DNA from: Candidatus Magasanikiibacteriota bacterium
GTDB lineage: Bacteria > Patescibacteriota > Patescibacteriia > Magasanikbacterales > UBA922
Assembly: GCA_021648085.1 (NCBI GenBank)
Contig: JAKITS010000001.1
Span: 45,434 to 109,433, forward strand
Reading direction: 5' to 3'
Length of the DNA stretch: 64,000 bases
The position numbers and the translations under genes are program-made. The notes below the pieces were generated by a model. It did not search any database and had not been told where the DNA came from. It saw only the letters and a list, made by a program, of their open reading frames with translations. This document shows positions 30,701 through 40,550 of the stretch, one piece after another (positions within the stretch are counted from its first letter, which is position 1; every line of letters starts with the position of its first letter).

Positions 30701-33700
30701 AATACTTGTTTAAATGCTTTGCCAACAGTTTTGTTTAGTGTGGGAATGAGTGATAGCTCACTTTCAGGAAATATTAGAGTTATTACTTGTGGAGAAGATA
30801 GTTTGCCACAGTGTGAAGATGAGGATATTTTTATTGATGTGTCTGCAGATTTTTCTGCTGGTCTGCGGTCTGAAGGATTTGTTTTAAACTTAACTAATAG
30901 TAATGGGGATTTAACACCAAACACTTGGTATAGGGTTGAACTTGGAAGTGGTTTGCAATCTCAAGAAATTAGGAGTATTTTGGGTATAGATCAGACAGTA
31001 AATGAAAACCTTTTAAAAACAAAATCTTGTGGAGACGGAACTTCTTATTGTTTTGAATTTAAAACAGGAGAAGGTTTATGTACCTTAACTTCTGCAGGTA
31101 TAATGCCAGGTACTCATACAACAAAAATACTAGGTCCTGTTTTGGACAGAAGATTTTCAAAAGAAAGTGAAACTTCACTGTTCTACCATATATTTGGAAA
31201 AGGAGATCAAGAGTGCACGGTTTTAGATGTTGATGGTTTCGGCTGGGACTGGAAGAGTCAAGATGATAATAAGGCAACTGTTGAGATAAGTGTTGGAGAT
31301 GGTTTTGTAGATACTAGAGCAATTGTAAATGCTATAGAAAATACAGCACCAGGAGATGTGAATATTTTTGCAATTTCAAGTAATTCACCTATCTCTCCTG
31401 TAAGTAGTTTAATTATAGATTTAGCAGATCCAAAAGTAGAATCGTATTGGCCAAACTGTGCAGAATCTTGTGTAAATAGTGGTGTTGGTGTCAAATTCAA
31501 CAGAGATATGAATGTTGCTGAATTTGTTTCAAATTTTAGGATAAGTGAGTGTATAGATGAATTTTGTAGTATCACATCAACCATCCCAATACAGTTTGAA
31601 ACTCTGAAAAAAAATAATTTAAATGTATTTCCTGTTGGAAATCTACAGCCAAACACTTGGTATTTTGTAGAGGTTTTTCCAGGAATTCATGCTATAGAAA
31701 AAGAAAATCCTCTTACTTATGGTAAAACAGTGGAAGCTTTTTCTTGGAAGTTTAGAACAAAAAATGACAGTACACTTTGTGGGATTGAGGATGTTTTGGT
31801 TGCCCCAACAAAATATATATCGCGTTTAATAGGAGATAGAAAAGAATATAAAGCAACTCCAATGAGTTTAGCAAATGAGTGTAGTTCTGCTGGACAAAGA
31901 TTAAATCCTTGGAATTTTGCATGGGGTTGGGAGGTCGTGGATACTCAAATAGCTAGTATCTCCTCTTTTGAAACTTTTGGAAAGTCAAAACCATTTTGCA
32001 CAACCTCTTGTTTGTTGGCAGGAAGTGTTGTGAGTTCAGATACTCAAAATGTAACTGCTTTGTGTGGAAATGGGATATTGGAGAGTGGGGAAGACTGTGA
32101 GTTGGATGACCCAGAAGAAGTATTAGGGGTTAGCTGTAGTTTAAGTTGTAAAAGAGTTGGGTCTGTAGCACCAACTTGTGGAGATGGGAGGATAGAATCG
32201 GCAAAAGGTGAGCAATGTGATACAGACGATGCTCTAACAGCCGAGGCTTGTAATGATAATTGTTTGTGGAAAGGTTCTTCAAAAGTAGAGCCAAAATCAA
32301 CAGCGCTAAATATTTCTTGGTGTGGAAGTGGTTCTGTAACATTTGGCGAAAGTTGTGATATTAAAGATCCGCTAACGCAAGATAGATGTTCAAATAAGTG
32401 TTTGAATTTGGGAACGCCTATCTCAAGTTATTGGTGTGAGCAAAATAAAACAAACGAATTACCAGACACAACTTTGGTAGGGCAGTCTGCAGAGTGTTTA
32501 TCTTCTGTAAGTATTTGTGGAAACGGATTATTGGAAAATGGAGAAGCTTGTGAAATCATTGCTAGTACTACTGTTGCGTTTGTGGGTGTTGGAAATGTTA
32601 CAGTTTCAAATGCTTCAGATGTTTGCTCTACTTCTTGTTTAGTTTCAAATGCTTGTGATGAACCAAACATGCCAACCTCAATAAGCTGTGATCCAAAGAT
32701 AGAGGAAGGTTGCACGCCAGAGTGTCTAAATTCTGGCTCATCTCTCGACTATTCAACACCTAGTCTGTGTAACGATGGAATTGTAGGGTTAGGGGAAGAT
32801 AGTTTATGTGAATTATCATCTACCGTACCTTTTGGTCAAAATCCATTGCAAATTGTAACAGCTATTGGAGATGGTGTTGTAAATCCAGATACAAATTCTC
32901 AAGATACACAAATAAGAGCTAGAGCTACAAAAACAAAAGATATAAATGGAAATCCTGTTGATATATCATCAGAATATGGAGAATCTTTATATTCATTACA
33001 GTGCGGATATACAAAATTTGAAGAGCTAATAAATAATAGATTTAACGACTGCCCTAATGCTATTGATGGTGTTGCTACGAACTCTTGTTGTTATACCAGA
33101 CCTCAAAGAGTAAGTGAGTATCCTGTGGATGGTTCTGGGATTGGAAATTCTAGTGCACCAGTTTGTTTGAATTCTTTTATAGAGGTTCATTTTGATGAAG
33201 AGATAAGCAAGTCTTCTGTAAGTGAAAATATATTATTAGCAAAAGGTTATCCGGGTGGATATGATTGTTCTGTAAGTGGAGAGGATAATGTGACAGAACA
33301 GGTGAGAAATTTACTTACTTTGCAAGAAGTAAAAGATGGAATTTGGACAAGGGTTTGGAAGGTTATAAAAAGATTTTTTACAAAAGCTGTTGGTTTGGAA
33401 GTTTTTGCAAGTATGTTTAGTGATTCAGATGTAGAGGTTTGGTGTGTGGGATCTGCAAATTTTAGAACAGATGTCTTGTATGAGGAAGATGTTGATGGAA
33501 ATATACTTTCCACAGATATTTCTATTTCTTTAACAAAGCTTTTGGATGTAGATACTGTTTATGCTGTAGTTTTGAAAAATGAAATTGAAAATTCTGAAGG
33601 TGTTGGAATATCTAGTCCAGATAGTTTAAGTGGTACTTTGGATGATTCATGGATTTTTAAAACTGGAGACGAGGTTTGTAAGATAGACAGCGTTTTTGTA

Positions 33701-36700
33701 AGACCGAGTGCAAAATTATTTGTAAAACCAAACACAACTAGCACTTTTTTTGCATTAGCTCAGAGTACTTCAAAACAAAGAATTGTGCCAATTGAAAATG
33801 TGTATGATTGGGAATGGCATTGGGCACCATTAAATAATGCAATTTTTGATATTTCTGCTTCAACTAGTTCTATAAATATAATAGCTTCTAAAGATTTAGA
33901 AGGAAGTGTTCTTGCAAGTGCAAATGCTGTAATTACTCACGACGCAGATCAAAACAATAGTCAGTTTGGAGAGTATTTTACCGGAATTACAAAATTGTTT
34001 GCTTTATTTTGTGAGAATCCTTGGCCACAATACGAATATTTTCCTTTTGAAGAAGGTATATCTTTTGGATCTTTGGGAAATATAAGTGGTTTTGAGCGGG
34101 GAGTTTTTGATGGCTCTACAATTCCAAAAGTTAGAATAGGTGGAGTATTTGAGTACTTTAATTTCAGTATGTCTTATTGTGCGGATAGTGGATCTTCTGA
34201 TAATAAAGCAGACGATCTTCCGTTCCTAAAACCTATTGTTCTTGTAAATGAATTTGATGTAGTTTCTGGTAATTTAGTTCAAGTTGGTGATAAAAGTTTG
34301 TCTGAGGATACTTTAAAAAAATTCTTCTTTTTCAATGAAAAAAATGATGATGTAATTGGTGTTCAAATTTTTATGAATCCGCTCAGGCTTACTGCCCGTG
34401 AATGGTATATAGAAAAATTTGGATCAGACATTGGAATGGATCAAATAACAGTTGCAGGTTATGATGCGTTGTCAGATAATAATAGTATTTATATAAACGC
34501 ACTAAATCAAGGTTCAAATGGAGATATTTATAATAATATTTACTTATTCAGTTTAAATGGAAGTGCGCAATCAAACACCCGTGAAGTTTTTGATATGTTG
34601 ATGGACTCACTTAAAATGAATATAAATATAAGTGAGTTTAATAGTTGCTCACAAGATGGGGATTTTAACACACCAAATATACAAGAAACAGTAGAGTGTA
34701 GCACAGACTTCGAATGTTTAGATGTTGCAGATTCTGGAGGGGTTTGCGCAAATGCACAGACAAAATTCAAAAGAGATTGGACGCGTCTAACAGACTTAAG
34801 GAATACTCAAGAAAAATTAGATTTTTATAAATTAGAAAATAATTCTTATCCAAAATTAGCTTCTGGATCTTTTATTCCAAACTACACAGTTTCCAAATGG
34901 TCATCTTGGGGAAACTTAAGTAATCTAATTGGTGGAGCGCCGTTAGATCCAGTAAACAAGTGGTCCGATTGTGGTGATTTGGATCCACAGACTTGTTGGG
35001 CTGCAGATGTTTCTGAATATGTTTGTCCAGAAAAAACTAGTGTGTACGAATATTCTTTTGACAGTATAACTAGTGATTACACGCTTCACATCCCTTTTGA
35101 ATATTTTGATTTATCCTCATCTGTAGTTTCAGGATTTTTGGACACTTCAAAAATTAAAATAGACAGGTGGTGTACACCGGGCGACATATATAACCCATCT
35201 TCTGGTGTGTGTGGAGATGGTGTAGTAAATGTTGGTGAACAGTGCGACCCTCCAAATTCTATAAATTACACAAATCAAGGTGTGGTTGGATCACAACAAT
35301 CTGGTTTTTGTGCAGATAGTTATTTGAACCAATCTATTTCTTGTATAAATTCAGCAGATTGTGGTTTATATTTGAATGTTGATGTTGAGCGATCAAAAAA
35401 GAGTATTTTTTCAGATACTGGTTCTGTTTGTTTCGGTGGAGTAGCAAAAGATTTACCATACGACATTTTAGCACATAAAAATGATGAAAGTAAATTATAT
35501 GGAATTAGTTGCCAAACATCTTCTGATTGTAAGTCTAAGGAAAATTATTTTAAAAATTTAACAGCAGGCGGATCTGGTGTACTTGGATTGTACAATGTTC
35601 AAAATGATAGTTTTGCTGAAGAGTCTTTAATTGGTGAATTTATATATAAAAACTTAGATGGAATAAAATGTCTTTCTTTACGGGATTTAGATATAGAATT
35701 TAGAAATGCTGGAAGTGGGACAAGGGGTACAAAACCTGTGGAGTGTAGTATTTCTACAAGTAATCCAATAATTGGATCTTGTAATAATGTAGGAGAATTG
35801 GCGCCAGCTCAGTGTACAGATAAGTGTACAATTAAATATGGAAGTTGTACTTCTTTTACAGACTGTGGAAACGGAAGGGTCGAAATTGGAGAAAATTGTG
35901 ATGATGGTGTAAAAAATGGAGAGTATGGAAGTTGTAATTTAACTTGTGATGGAGTTAGTGATCAGTATTGTGGAAATGGTCAAAAAGATGGTGCAAATGA
36001 AGTTTGTGATATAAATAATTTGGGTTTATCTGGATATTGTAGCAAAGATAAAAACATAAGCTGTTCTGATGATTTGGATTGTGGTGAGGTTAGAAATTTT
36101 GGTAGTTGTGGATATGAATATGTTTCTAATGTTCTAAAGCCTGTGTGTTCCTCAATAGATAGTAATGGTAATGTCCAACTTTCAAATTATCAGAATGGAA
36201 CGCAAGTGTTTTGTTATGACAACAGTTGTGATAAATTCGATAAAATTTATGGAACTTGTATTGCATCAAGTGATCCAACATACAGTTTTAATAAAGATAA
36301 TACTTGCGCTTGGGATTGTCAGGATTTTGGAGATTATTGCGGAGATGGAATTGTGCAAGGTGATTACGAAGCTTGCGATGATGGAAATTCAATAGACGAT
36401 GACAGTTGTGATAATTTTTGTGAAATTAATCTTTTAGCTACCACAAGTCAAGCAAGCTCTGCACCAAGTTGTGGAGATGGTGTGGTAGAAGAAGATGGTA
36501 CAGAAACTTGTGATTTGGGAGAGGATAATGGAATTAAATGTAGTCCATCTTATGGAGAATCTTGTAGTTACTGTTCACTAGATTGTGAAAATATTTTGAC
36601 AGTGGACCCTGTCGCGTATTGTGGAAATGAGACTGTTGATTTTAAATTTAATGATTTTAGTGATTGTTCAGATACTGGGAATATTTGCTTATCCGAACCT

Positions 36701-37981
36701 GTTTATGAGGCTTGTGATTTAAATAATAATAAAGTAGTCAAAAGAACTTCTTCTGGTCAAATATTAACACTTGAATGTGAAGACCAAGGCGCTTATTCGT
36801 GTAATAGTTGTAATGCACTTTCAGACAATTGTGCCAAATGTGTACTAGATACTTCAGGATTACTATCTGTTCCAAAAATCGCAATCCTAAATCCAATGAT
36901 AGGAAATGTGGAGCCTTTGGACAAAAACAGTGTGGATCGTTGGGGTTTTGAAGAGACTTTAGTTTTGGTGAGGCCAGAACCACCTGCAGGTTTTATTCAA
37001 AATCCTTATTTTGGATTTACAAGGCTTACAATGGAAAGTAGTATATATAAAGATCCAACACAGCAAAACTATATGATGGTTGAAAGTGGAACTGGTACTT
37101 ATGCACCTTATAAAGAACACACAATAGAAGGTAATGATTTATGTAGCGGAGAATATGGCGTTTATTTCAGTAATAAAGCTATATTTAATGCTGTAAATGG
37201 TTCAGAAGAAGGTTTTGAGGATAGTTATACAGATTTAACTCGTGGGGATCTTTATGATTATCCAGTAGACGGAACTGCTGAAATAAACAATGAAATAGTA
37301 TATTCTCCAGCTGTGCCACTAGAAGTATTTAGAGTAGTTGTAAAATGGACAGATAAGGAAGCTCGCTCAAATGTTTCGTTTAGTGGAATTGTTCAAAGTA
37401 ATTTTCTAAATCCAGCAGGAGAGTTGAACGGGGCTACTACATTTACAGACGCTGCTGCAGACAGAAAAATATGTAATCAGATAGGTTTAGTGAGTAATTT
37501 TCCAATAGAAGGTAGAAGTTTACCTAACTTTAATGAGTTTAGCAAATATTGGTGGCCAGAAAATACAGCTTGTGCTTACAATAAAAGAATCTATGTACAC
37601 CCAGAAGGAAGTATGGCTAGAACTTATACACAGTCTTTTACTATAGATACTTATAATGATAATGCAGACTATTCTTTTGTTGTGCAAGCTGTAAGTGGTT
37701 CTTTGGAAGGTTCACCAATAGCATCATTTCAGAATAGTAATTTGGAAGTAGAGGTGTACACTCATCACAGTGGACAGGTTCCTAGGGTTTCGGTTTTTAA
37801 ACCTACTCACACTTTCAAAATTAACCAATCACAAAAAAGCAGTAATAATGTGGCAAGATATTGGAGTGTATTTAATATTAAGAGGGTTTCAACCTCAGAA
37901 GGTTCAAAATATGAAATTCAAGCAATAGGAACAAACGGAAGTATAGAATCAACTTGGGATGAGGTTGTTCCTAATTTTTAA
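27794..37981 (+). CDS. giant (3395 aa) secreted/membrane-anchored cysteine-rich protein: VirB2/TrbC-like N-terminal domain + IPT/Ig-like modules + multiple Myxococcus-type cysteine-rich repeats (CG[DN]G...GE.CD)
   Basis: single uninterrupted ORF; >15 'CG(D/N)G..E.GE.CD(D)' repeats between aa ~1380-2600; start ATG 2 nt after previous stop. Confidence 0.6.
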   Translation: MRLFKSKFFLSIFFTLVVVSLFFVSDITAVFAQQADTFGLVEVGQVTELGTQDIRVTIAKIIRTLLGLLGVLAVSIVLYGGFVYMTAGGSEDKLGQAKKIIINGVIGLVIVMSSFAITQFVLSSLSDATGSGSVGLSSNNCSNTEYAINHPSECFSNSNSACTKFPSFCNSADFFFVKSITPSTPNGATGMNNIVIRAVFSKSLASNTNVDSIFSVEKDGISQPLSIKLSQSRQVVEATFRATTPLCDGTVPPNETCLELGDFTIKINPDIKDTTGRELTKNINGQEYPVSADFSVDVENIDHTRPTVTSMTIDGSNAENQNITIGDAHSLRVAMIDNTGIGFVNINIKNIDTGKVIVESFEGPNPLDGSSGEFVIDYPIILGADINSLDRFDVSVTIYDIDHNSSVSILSFIALAESCTNGVQDGDETGVDTGGSCSLSSGSFCDEDWQCASQKCVNNECVAWPMITDIDAWDGGSGNWITIAGQFFGDKEGLVEFGTDSNGDGEINDLDVWVKAGIAICRSLTTWKNDWIVVQVPDDSVLPIGSESAIRITLGDGTGLSDSTVDSHGSISGPNNGLFTKNEIKRPSICAVESVLGSNSAKPDAGFAVIGKNFTDDKTGNKFEFGGVELPTLIWGDLEITSKIPLNTNAGKVSVQVEVGGERSNTVPFTVLPIDKNLIPSISLVNPENITVGSFVTLSGTGFGETTGIVYISPNSGATCTDILAEGCIQVEVSLPNFCGDTWSSNQVIIKIPDNTQFGVYYLVLQNDFGLRTDGSAFVSVVEGDPSPSICKMIPQAGPAPLPVGHQGLEFFGINFSTDPTVYFWSKTATEDDLNTWLNATGNDVNQIDPDTHIVSYIPSTIEGYSMKTGPIAISSIDGVVSNAVNYEVSDCRDVGAPVGYQCCSVGPDAGTIKPNEFICAGETRDAGYAWRFTSGLLPNIPFVVEQCPESSGSGVPSPSPWINRKQGANTCLNALPTVLFSVGMSDSSLSGNIRVITCGEDSLPQCEDEDIFIDVSADFSAGLRSEGFVLNLTNSNGDLTPNTWYRVELGSGLQSQEIRSILGIDQTVNENLLKTKSCGDGTSYCFEFKTGEGLCTLTSAGIMPGTHTTKILGPVLDRRFSKESETSLFYHIFGKGDQECTVLDVDGFGWDWKSQDDNKATVEISVGDGFVDTRAIVNAIENTAPGDVNIFAISSNSPISPVSSLIIDLADPKVESYWPNCAESCVNSGVGVKFNRDMNVAEFVSNFRISECIDEFCSITSTIPIQFETLKKNNLNVFPVGNLQPNTWYFVEVFPGIHAIEKENPLTYGKTVEAFSWKFRTKNDSTLCGIEDVLVAPTKYISRLIGDRKEYKATPMSLANECSSAGQRLNPWNFAWGWEVVDTQIASISSFETFGKSKPFCTTSCLLAGSVVSSDTQNVTALCGNGILESGEDCELDDPEEVLGVSCSLSCKRVGSVAPTCGDGRIESAKGEQCDTDDALTAEACNDNCLWKGSSKVEPKSTALNISWCGSGSVTFGESCDIKDPLTQDRCSNKCLNLGTPISSYWCEQNKTNELPDTTLVGQSAECLSSVSICGNGLLENGEACEIIASTTVAFVGVGNVTVSNASDVCSTSCLVSNACDEPNMPTSISCDPKIEEGCTPECLNSGSSLDYSTPSLCNDGIVGLGEDSLCELSSTVPFGQNPLQIVTAIGDGVVNPDTNSQDTQIRARATKTKDINGNPVDISSEYGESLYSLQCGYTKFEELINNRFNDCPNAIDGVATNSCCYTRPQRVSEYPVDGSGIGNSSAPVCLNSFIEVHFDEEISKSSVSENILLAKGYPGGYDCSVSGEDNVTEQVRNLLTLQEVKDGIWTRVWKVIKRFFTKAVGLEVFASMFSDSDVEVWCVGSANFRTDVLYEEDVDGNILSTDISISLTKLLDVDTVYAVVLKNEIENSEGVGISSPDSLSGTLDDSWIFKTGDEVCKIDSVFVRPSAKLFVKPNTTSTFFALAQSTSKQRIVPIENVYDWEWHWAPLNNAIFDISASTSSINIIASKDLEGSVLASANAVITHDADQNNSQFGEYFTGITKLFALFCENPWPQYEYFPFEEGISFGSLGNISGFERGVFDGSTIPKVRIGGVFEYFNFSMSYCADSGSSDNKADDLPFLKPIVLVNEFDVVSGNLVQVGDKSLSEDTLKKFFFFNEKNDDVIGVQIFMNPLRLTAREWYIEKFGSDIGMDQITVAGYDALSDNNSIYINALNQGSNGDIYNNIYLFSLNGSAQSNTREVFDMLMDSLKMNINISEFNSCSQDGDFNTPNIQETVECSTDFECLDVADSGGVCANAQTKFKRDWTRLTDLRNTQEKLDFYKLENNSYPKLASGSFIPNYTVSKWSSWGNLSNLIGGAPLDPVNKWSDCGDLDPQTCWAADVSEYVCPEKTSVYEYSFDSITSDYTLHIPFEYFDLSSSVVSGFLDTSKIKIDRWCTPGDIYNPSSGVCGDGVVNVGEQCDPPNSINYTNQGVVGSQQSGFCADSYLNQSISCINSADCGLYLNVDVERSKKSIFSDTGSVCFGGVAKDLPYDILAHKNDESKLYGISCQTSSDCKSKENYFKNLTAGGSGVLGLYNVQNDSFAEESLIGEFIYKNLDGIKCLSLRDLDIEFRNAGSGTRGTKPVECSISTSNPIIGSCNNVGELAPAQCTDKCTIKYGSCTSFTDCGNGRVEIGENCDDGVKNGEYGSCNLTCDGVSDQYCGNGQKDGANEVCDINNLGLSGYCSKDKNISCSDDLDCGEVRNFGSCGYEYVSNVLKPVCSSIDSNGNVQLSNYQNGTQVFCYDNSCDKFDKIYGTCIASSDPTYSFNKDNTCAWDCQDFGDYCGDGIVQGDYEACDDGNSIDDDSCDNFCEINLLATTSQASSAPSCGDGVVEEDGTETCDLGEDNGIKCSPSYGESCSYCSLDCENILTVDPVAYCGNETVDFKFNDFSDCSDTGNICLSEPVYEACDLNNNKVVKRTSSGQILTLECEDQGAYSCNSCNALSDNCAKCVLDTSGLLSVPKIAILNPMIGNVEPLDKNSVDRWGFEETLVLVRPEPPAGFIQNPYFGFTRLTMESSIYKDPTQQNYMMVESGTGTYAPYKEHTIEGNDLCSGEYGVYFSNKAIFNAVNGSEEGFEDSYTDLTRGDLYDYPVDGTAEINNEIVYSPAVPLEVFRVVVKWTDKEARSNVSFSGIVQSNFLNPAGELNGATTFTDAAADRKICNQIGLVSNFPIEGRSLPNFNEFSKYWWPENTACAYNKRIYVHPEGSMARTYTQSFTIDTYNDNADYSFVVQAVSGSLEGSPIASFQNSNLEVEVYTHHSGQVPRVSVFKPTHTFKINQSQKSSNNVARYWSVFNIKRVSTSEGSKYEIQAIGTNGSIESTWDEVVPNF

Positions 37982-38028
37982 TAATTTATGTTGAGGTCTA
38001 CATATGGTATAATTAAGTTAATAAAACT

Positions 38029-38403
38029 ATGAAGAGAATTCTGATAGTAGGTTTGGTTATATTTGTAACAGCAGGAATATTGATAACTGCTTTGTTGTTG
38101 TTTTCTAATTCAAAAGAGAAGAATAATTCTCAAAAAAAAATAGATAATACACAAGAACAAATAACAAAAAAAGTAAATCAATTTCCAGATGATTTGGATA
38201 TGGATGGAATTTTAGATGTAGAAGAGGAAAAGCTTGGAACAAGTAATAAGGAGTTTGATACAGATGGGGATGGACTTAGTGATAAAACTGAAATAGAAAT
38301 TCTAGGAACAGATCCGCTAAATCCAGACACAGACGGAGATGGTTTTGCAGATGGTTATGAGGTTATAAAAGGTTTTAACCCAAACGGTGAAGGTACTTTT
38401 TAA
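38029..38403 (+). CDS. N-terminally anchored small protein with thrombospondin-type-3-like Ca-binding repeats (DTDGDG..D)
   Basis: TM helix; 'DTDGDGLSDKTEIEILGTDPLNPDTDGDGFADGYE'. Confidence 0.5.
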   Translation: MKRILIVGLVIFVTAGILITALLLFSNSKEKNNSQKKIDNTQEQITKKVNQFPDDLDMDGILDVEEEKLGTSNKEFDTDGDGLSDKTEIEILGTDPLNPDTDGDGFADGYEVIKGFNPNGEGTF

Positions 38404-38480
38404 ATATAATTATTAAAAATAAGAAATTTAAAAGTTTCGTAATAAAATTAAGCTTACCAAAAAATTCATAATATAAAAAT

Positions 38481-39344
38481 ATGTTTGATGATAAACCAAC
38501 AGACAATAATAATAAATTACCACCAAATTTGCCAACAAGTGAACCAGAAGATATTTTTGCAGGATCAGATGAAGATGTGAAAAGTGAACAAGAAGTATTA
38601 CAAGAACCGGAAAAAATGCCAGAACCAGAGGTTGAAAAAGAAACACAAGAAACAGCATTAAATGTTGGAGTTTTGCGTGCAAAAGCAGAAGGTGTTTCAG
38701 AGGAAAAACCAAAAGAAACTGAAATTAATCCTGTAGAGAATGAATTAAAACCAGATGAAAGTGGATTGCAACCAATTGATCATACAAAAAAAGTAGAAAT
38801 GCAAACACCGCCAACACAAAGTGGTGATCTTAAAAAGGAACTACAAAAATATGAGGTGAAAGAACCAGGTATGGCAAAGGCAATTATGATTGGTTCTATA
38901 GTTGTAGTTGCTTTAATTGTATTGTTAGGTGGTGCGTGGTGGCTTTATGCTACTTTTATGGCGGGTACAGAAGAGAAAAGTCCATTTGTTGATGAAGTTG
39001 TAGAGCCGGAAGTTGTGGAGGAGGTTGTTATTGAAGATGTATTGCCAGAAGATGTTTTAGATGATGAGTTATTGTTTGGCGGCGCAGTAGATTCAGATGG
39101 AGACGGTTTGGATGACATTAGAGAGTCTGATATAGGAACAGACCCAAACAATTGGGATACTGACGGCGATGCTTTAAGTGATTATGATGAAGTAACAATT
39201 TGGAAGACCAATCCACTGGATGCGGATACAGACGGAGATGGTTATTTAGACGGAGCAGAGGTTACAGCTGGTTTTAGCCCTACTGGACCTGGGAAATTAT
39301 TTGATGTGACAAATCTGGATTCTAGTAATACATCAACAAAGTAA
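38481..39344 (+). CDS. acidic membrane protein with C-terminal TSP3-like Ca-binding repeats (paralog of 38029..38403)
   Basis: central TM; 'DSDGDGLDDIRESDIGTDPNNWDTDGDALSDYDEV..DADTDGDGYLDGAEV'. Confidence 0.5.
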   Translation: MFDDKPTDNNNKLPPNLPTSEPEDIFAGSDEDVKSEQEVLQEPEKMPEPEVEKETQETALNVGVLRAKAEGVSEEKPKETEINPVENELKPDESGLQPIDHTKKVEMQTPPTQSGDLKKELQKYEVKEPGMAKAIMIGSIVVVALIVLLGGAWWLYATFMAGTEEKSPFVDEVVEPEVVEEVVIEDVLPEDVLDDELLFGGAVDSDGDGLDDIRESDIGTDPNNWDTDGDALSDYDEVTIWKTNPLDADTDGDGYLDGAEVTAGFSPTGPGKLFDVTNLDSSNTSTK

Positions 39345-39359
39345 GAAATTATTTAAATT

Positions 39360-40550
39360 ATGTTCGACAAAAAAGAACAAAAAAATACAGATAATTTATC
39401 ACAAAAAGATGTTGTAGATAAAAAAGTAGAAATGGATTTTAATACAATTCCAGATGTTTTTTATGGTGGAACAGAGCCAAAAGTAGAATTTAAAAAGACA
39501 CAAATCAAAATGGTAAAAGAAAATAAAACAGAAATGGTAGATAAGCCAAAACAACCAGAGTTGATACAACCAAAAAAAGTAGAAGAACAGAAAAAACAAA
39601 ATAAACCTATCTTGAGATCTATAAAAGTAAAAACACCAAAAAAGAAATTGTCTATTTTATGGATAATTTTGATAGCAGTTGGAACTACTGTCACAATTGT
39701 GCTTATTTCTTGGTATTATTTAAATCAAGCTGGGTATTTCAGTGATGTTCAAGAAGAAGGTATACTACAAGAAAATACGGATATAAAAATTCCTGTACAA
39801 ATTCCTACAGAAACAGTGGTAGATGTTATAGTCTCAACGACTACCATCACTACTACCACTACCACGGAAGAGGTTGTAGAAGAGCCGGCTTCTTTGCAAG
39901 AGCCTGCTTTAGAGTTCCCTTCAATCAACTTTAAAAATACAGAAGATCTGGACCAAGATAATATGACAGATTTAGAAGAAGAGGTTTTCTCTACAGATAG
40001 TAGTATTTGGGATTCGGATCAAGATAGTTATTACGATGGGCAAGAGCTTGTAAATCTATACAATCCAAAAGGGTTTGCGCCTGTTCGAATTATAGATTCT
40101 GGACTTGTCCGTGAATATGTAAATCCAATATGGAAGTATAGAATTTATTATCCAGTTGTTTGGGAGGTTGCAAGTGTGGACATTGATGCAAACCAGATAT
40201 TAATAAGTAGTGCAACTGGTGAATATATAGAAATTAGAGCATTTAAAAAAGATAAAACACAAACATTTTTGAATTGGTTTAGTGAAAAAGCAGTAGATCA
40301 GAAATTTACAGATTTATCAGAATTTATAAATCGTTTTGAACAGGATGGTTATAGAAGAGCGGACAATCTTGTGGCCTATTTTATACAAGACGAGACGGTT
40401 TTTACGGTTGTGTATCATCAAAATACAGAAGGTAATATAAAGTATAGACATATAGTTGAGATGTTGTTGCAAAGTTTTAGATATGGTAATTCTGTAGATA
40501 TAGATATTACAAAACAGCCTTTGGTTGGATTTGGAGAAGGTGAACTATGA
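39360..40550 (+). CDS. membrane protein with degenerate TSP3-like acidic repeat and C-terminal globular domain
   Basis: TM 'ILWIILIAVGTTVTIVLISWYYL'; 'DLDQDNMTDLEEE..DSDQDSYYDGQE'. Confidence 0.45.
   Translation: MFDKKEQKNTDNLSQKDVVDKKVEMDFNTIPDVFYGGTEPKVEFKKTQIKMVKENKTEMVDKPKQPELIQPKKVEEQKKQNKPILRSIKVKTPKKKLSILWIILIAVGTTVTIVLISWYYLNQAGYFSDVQEEGILQENTDIKIPVQIPTETVVDVIVSTTTITTTTTTEEVVEEPASLQEPALEFPSINFKNTEDLDQDNMTDLEEEVFSTDSSIWDSDQDSYYDGQELVNLYNPKGFAPVRIIDSGLVREYVNPIWKYRIYYPVVWEVASVDIDANQILISSATGEYIEIRAFKKDKTQTFLNWFSEKAVDQKFTDLSEFINRFEQDGYRRADNLVAYFIQDETVFTVVYHQNTEGNIKYRHIVEMLLQSFRYGNSVDIDITKQPLVGFGEGEL

Noticed and set aside
28483-36983. Numerous 60-135-aa antisense or alternate-frame ORFs inside the giant gene (for example 30577..30924, 31258..31656, 36165..36395)
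   Set aside because: All lie within the single uninterrupted 10.2-kb ORF with consistent repeat architecture; none has an RBS or a recognisable product
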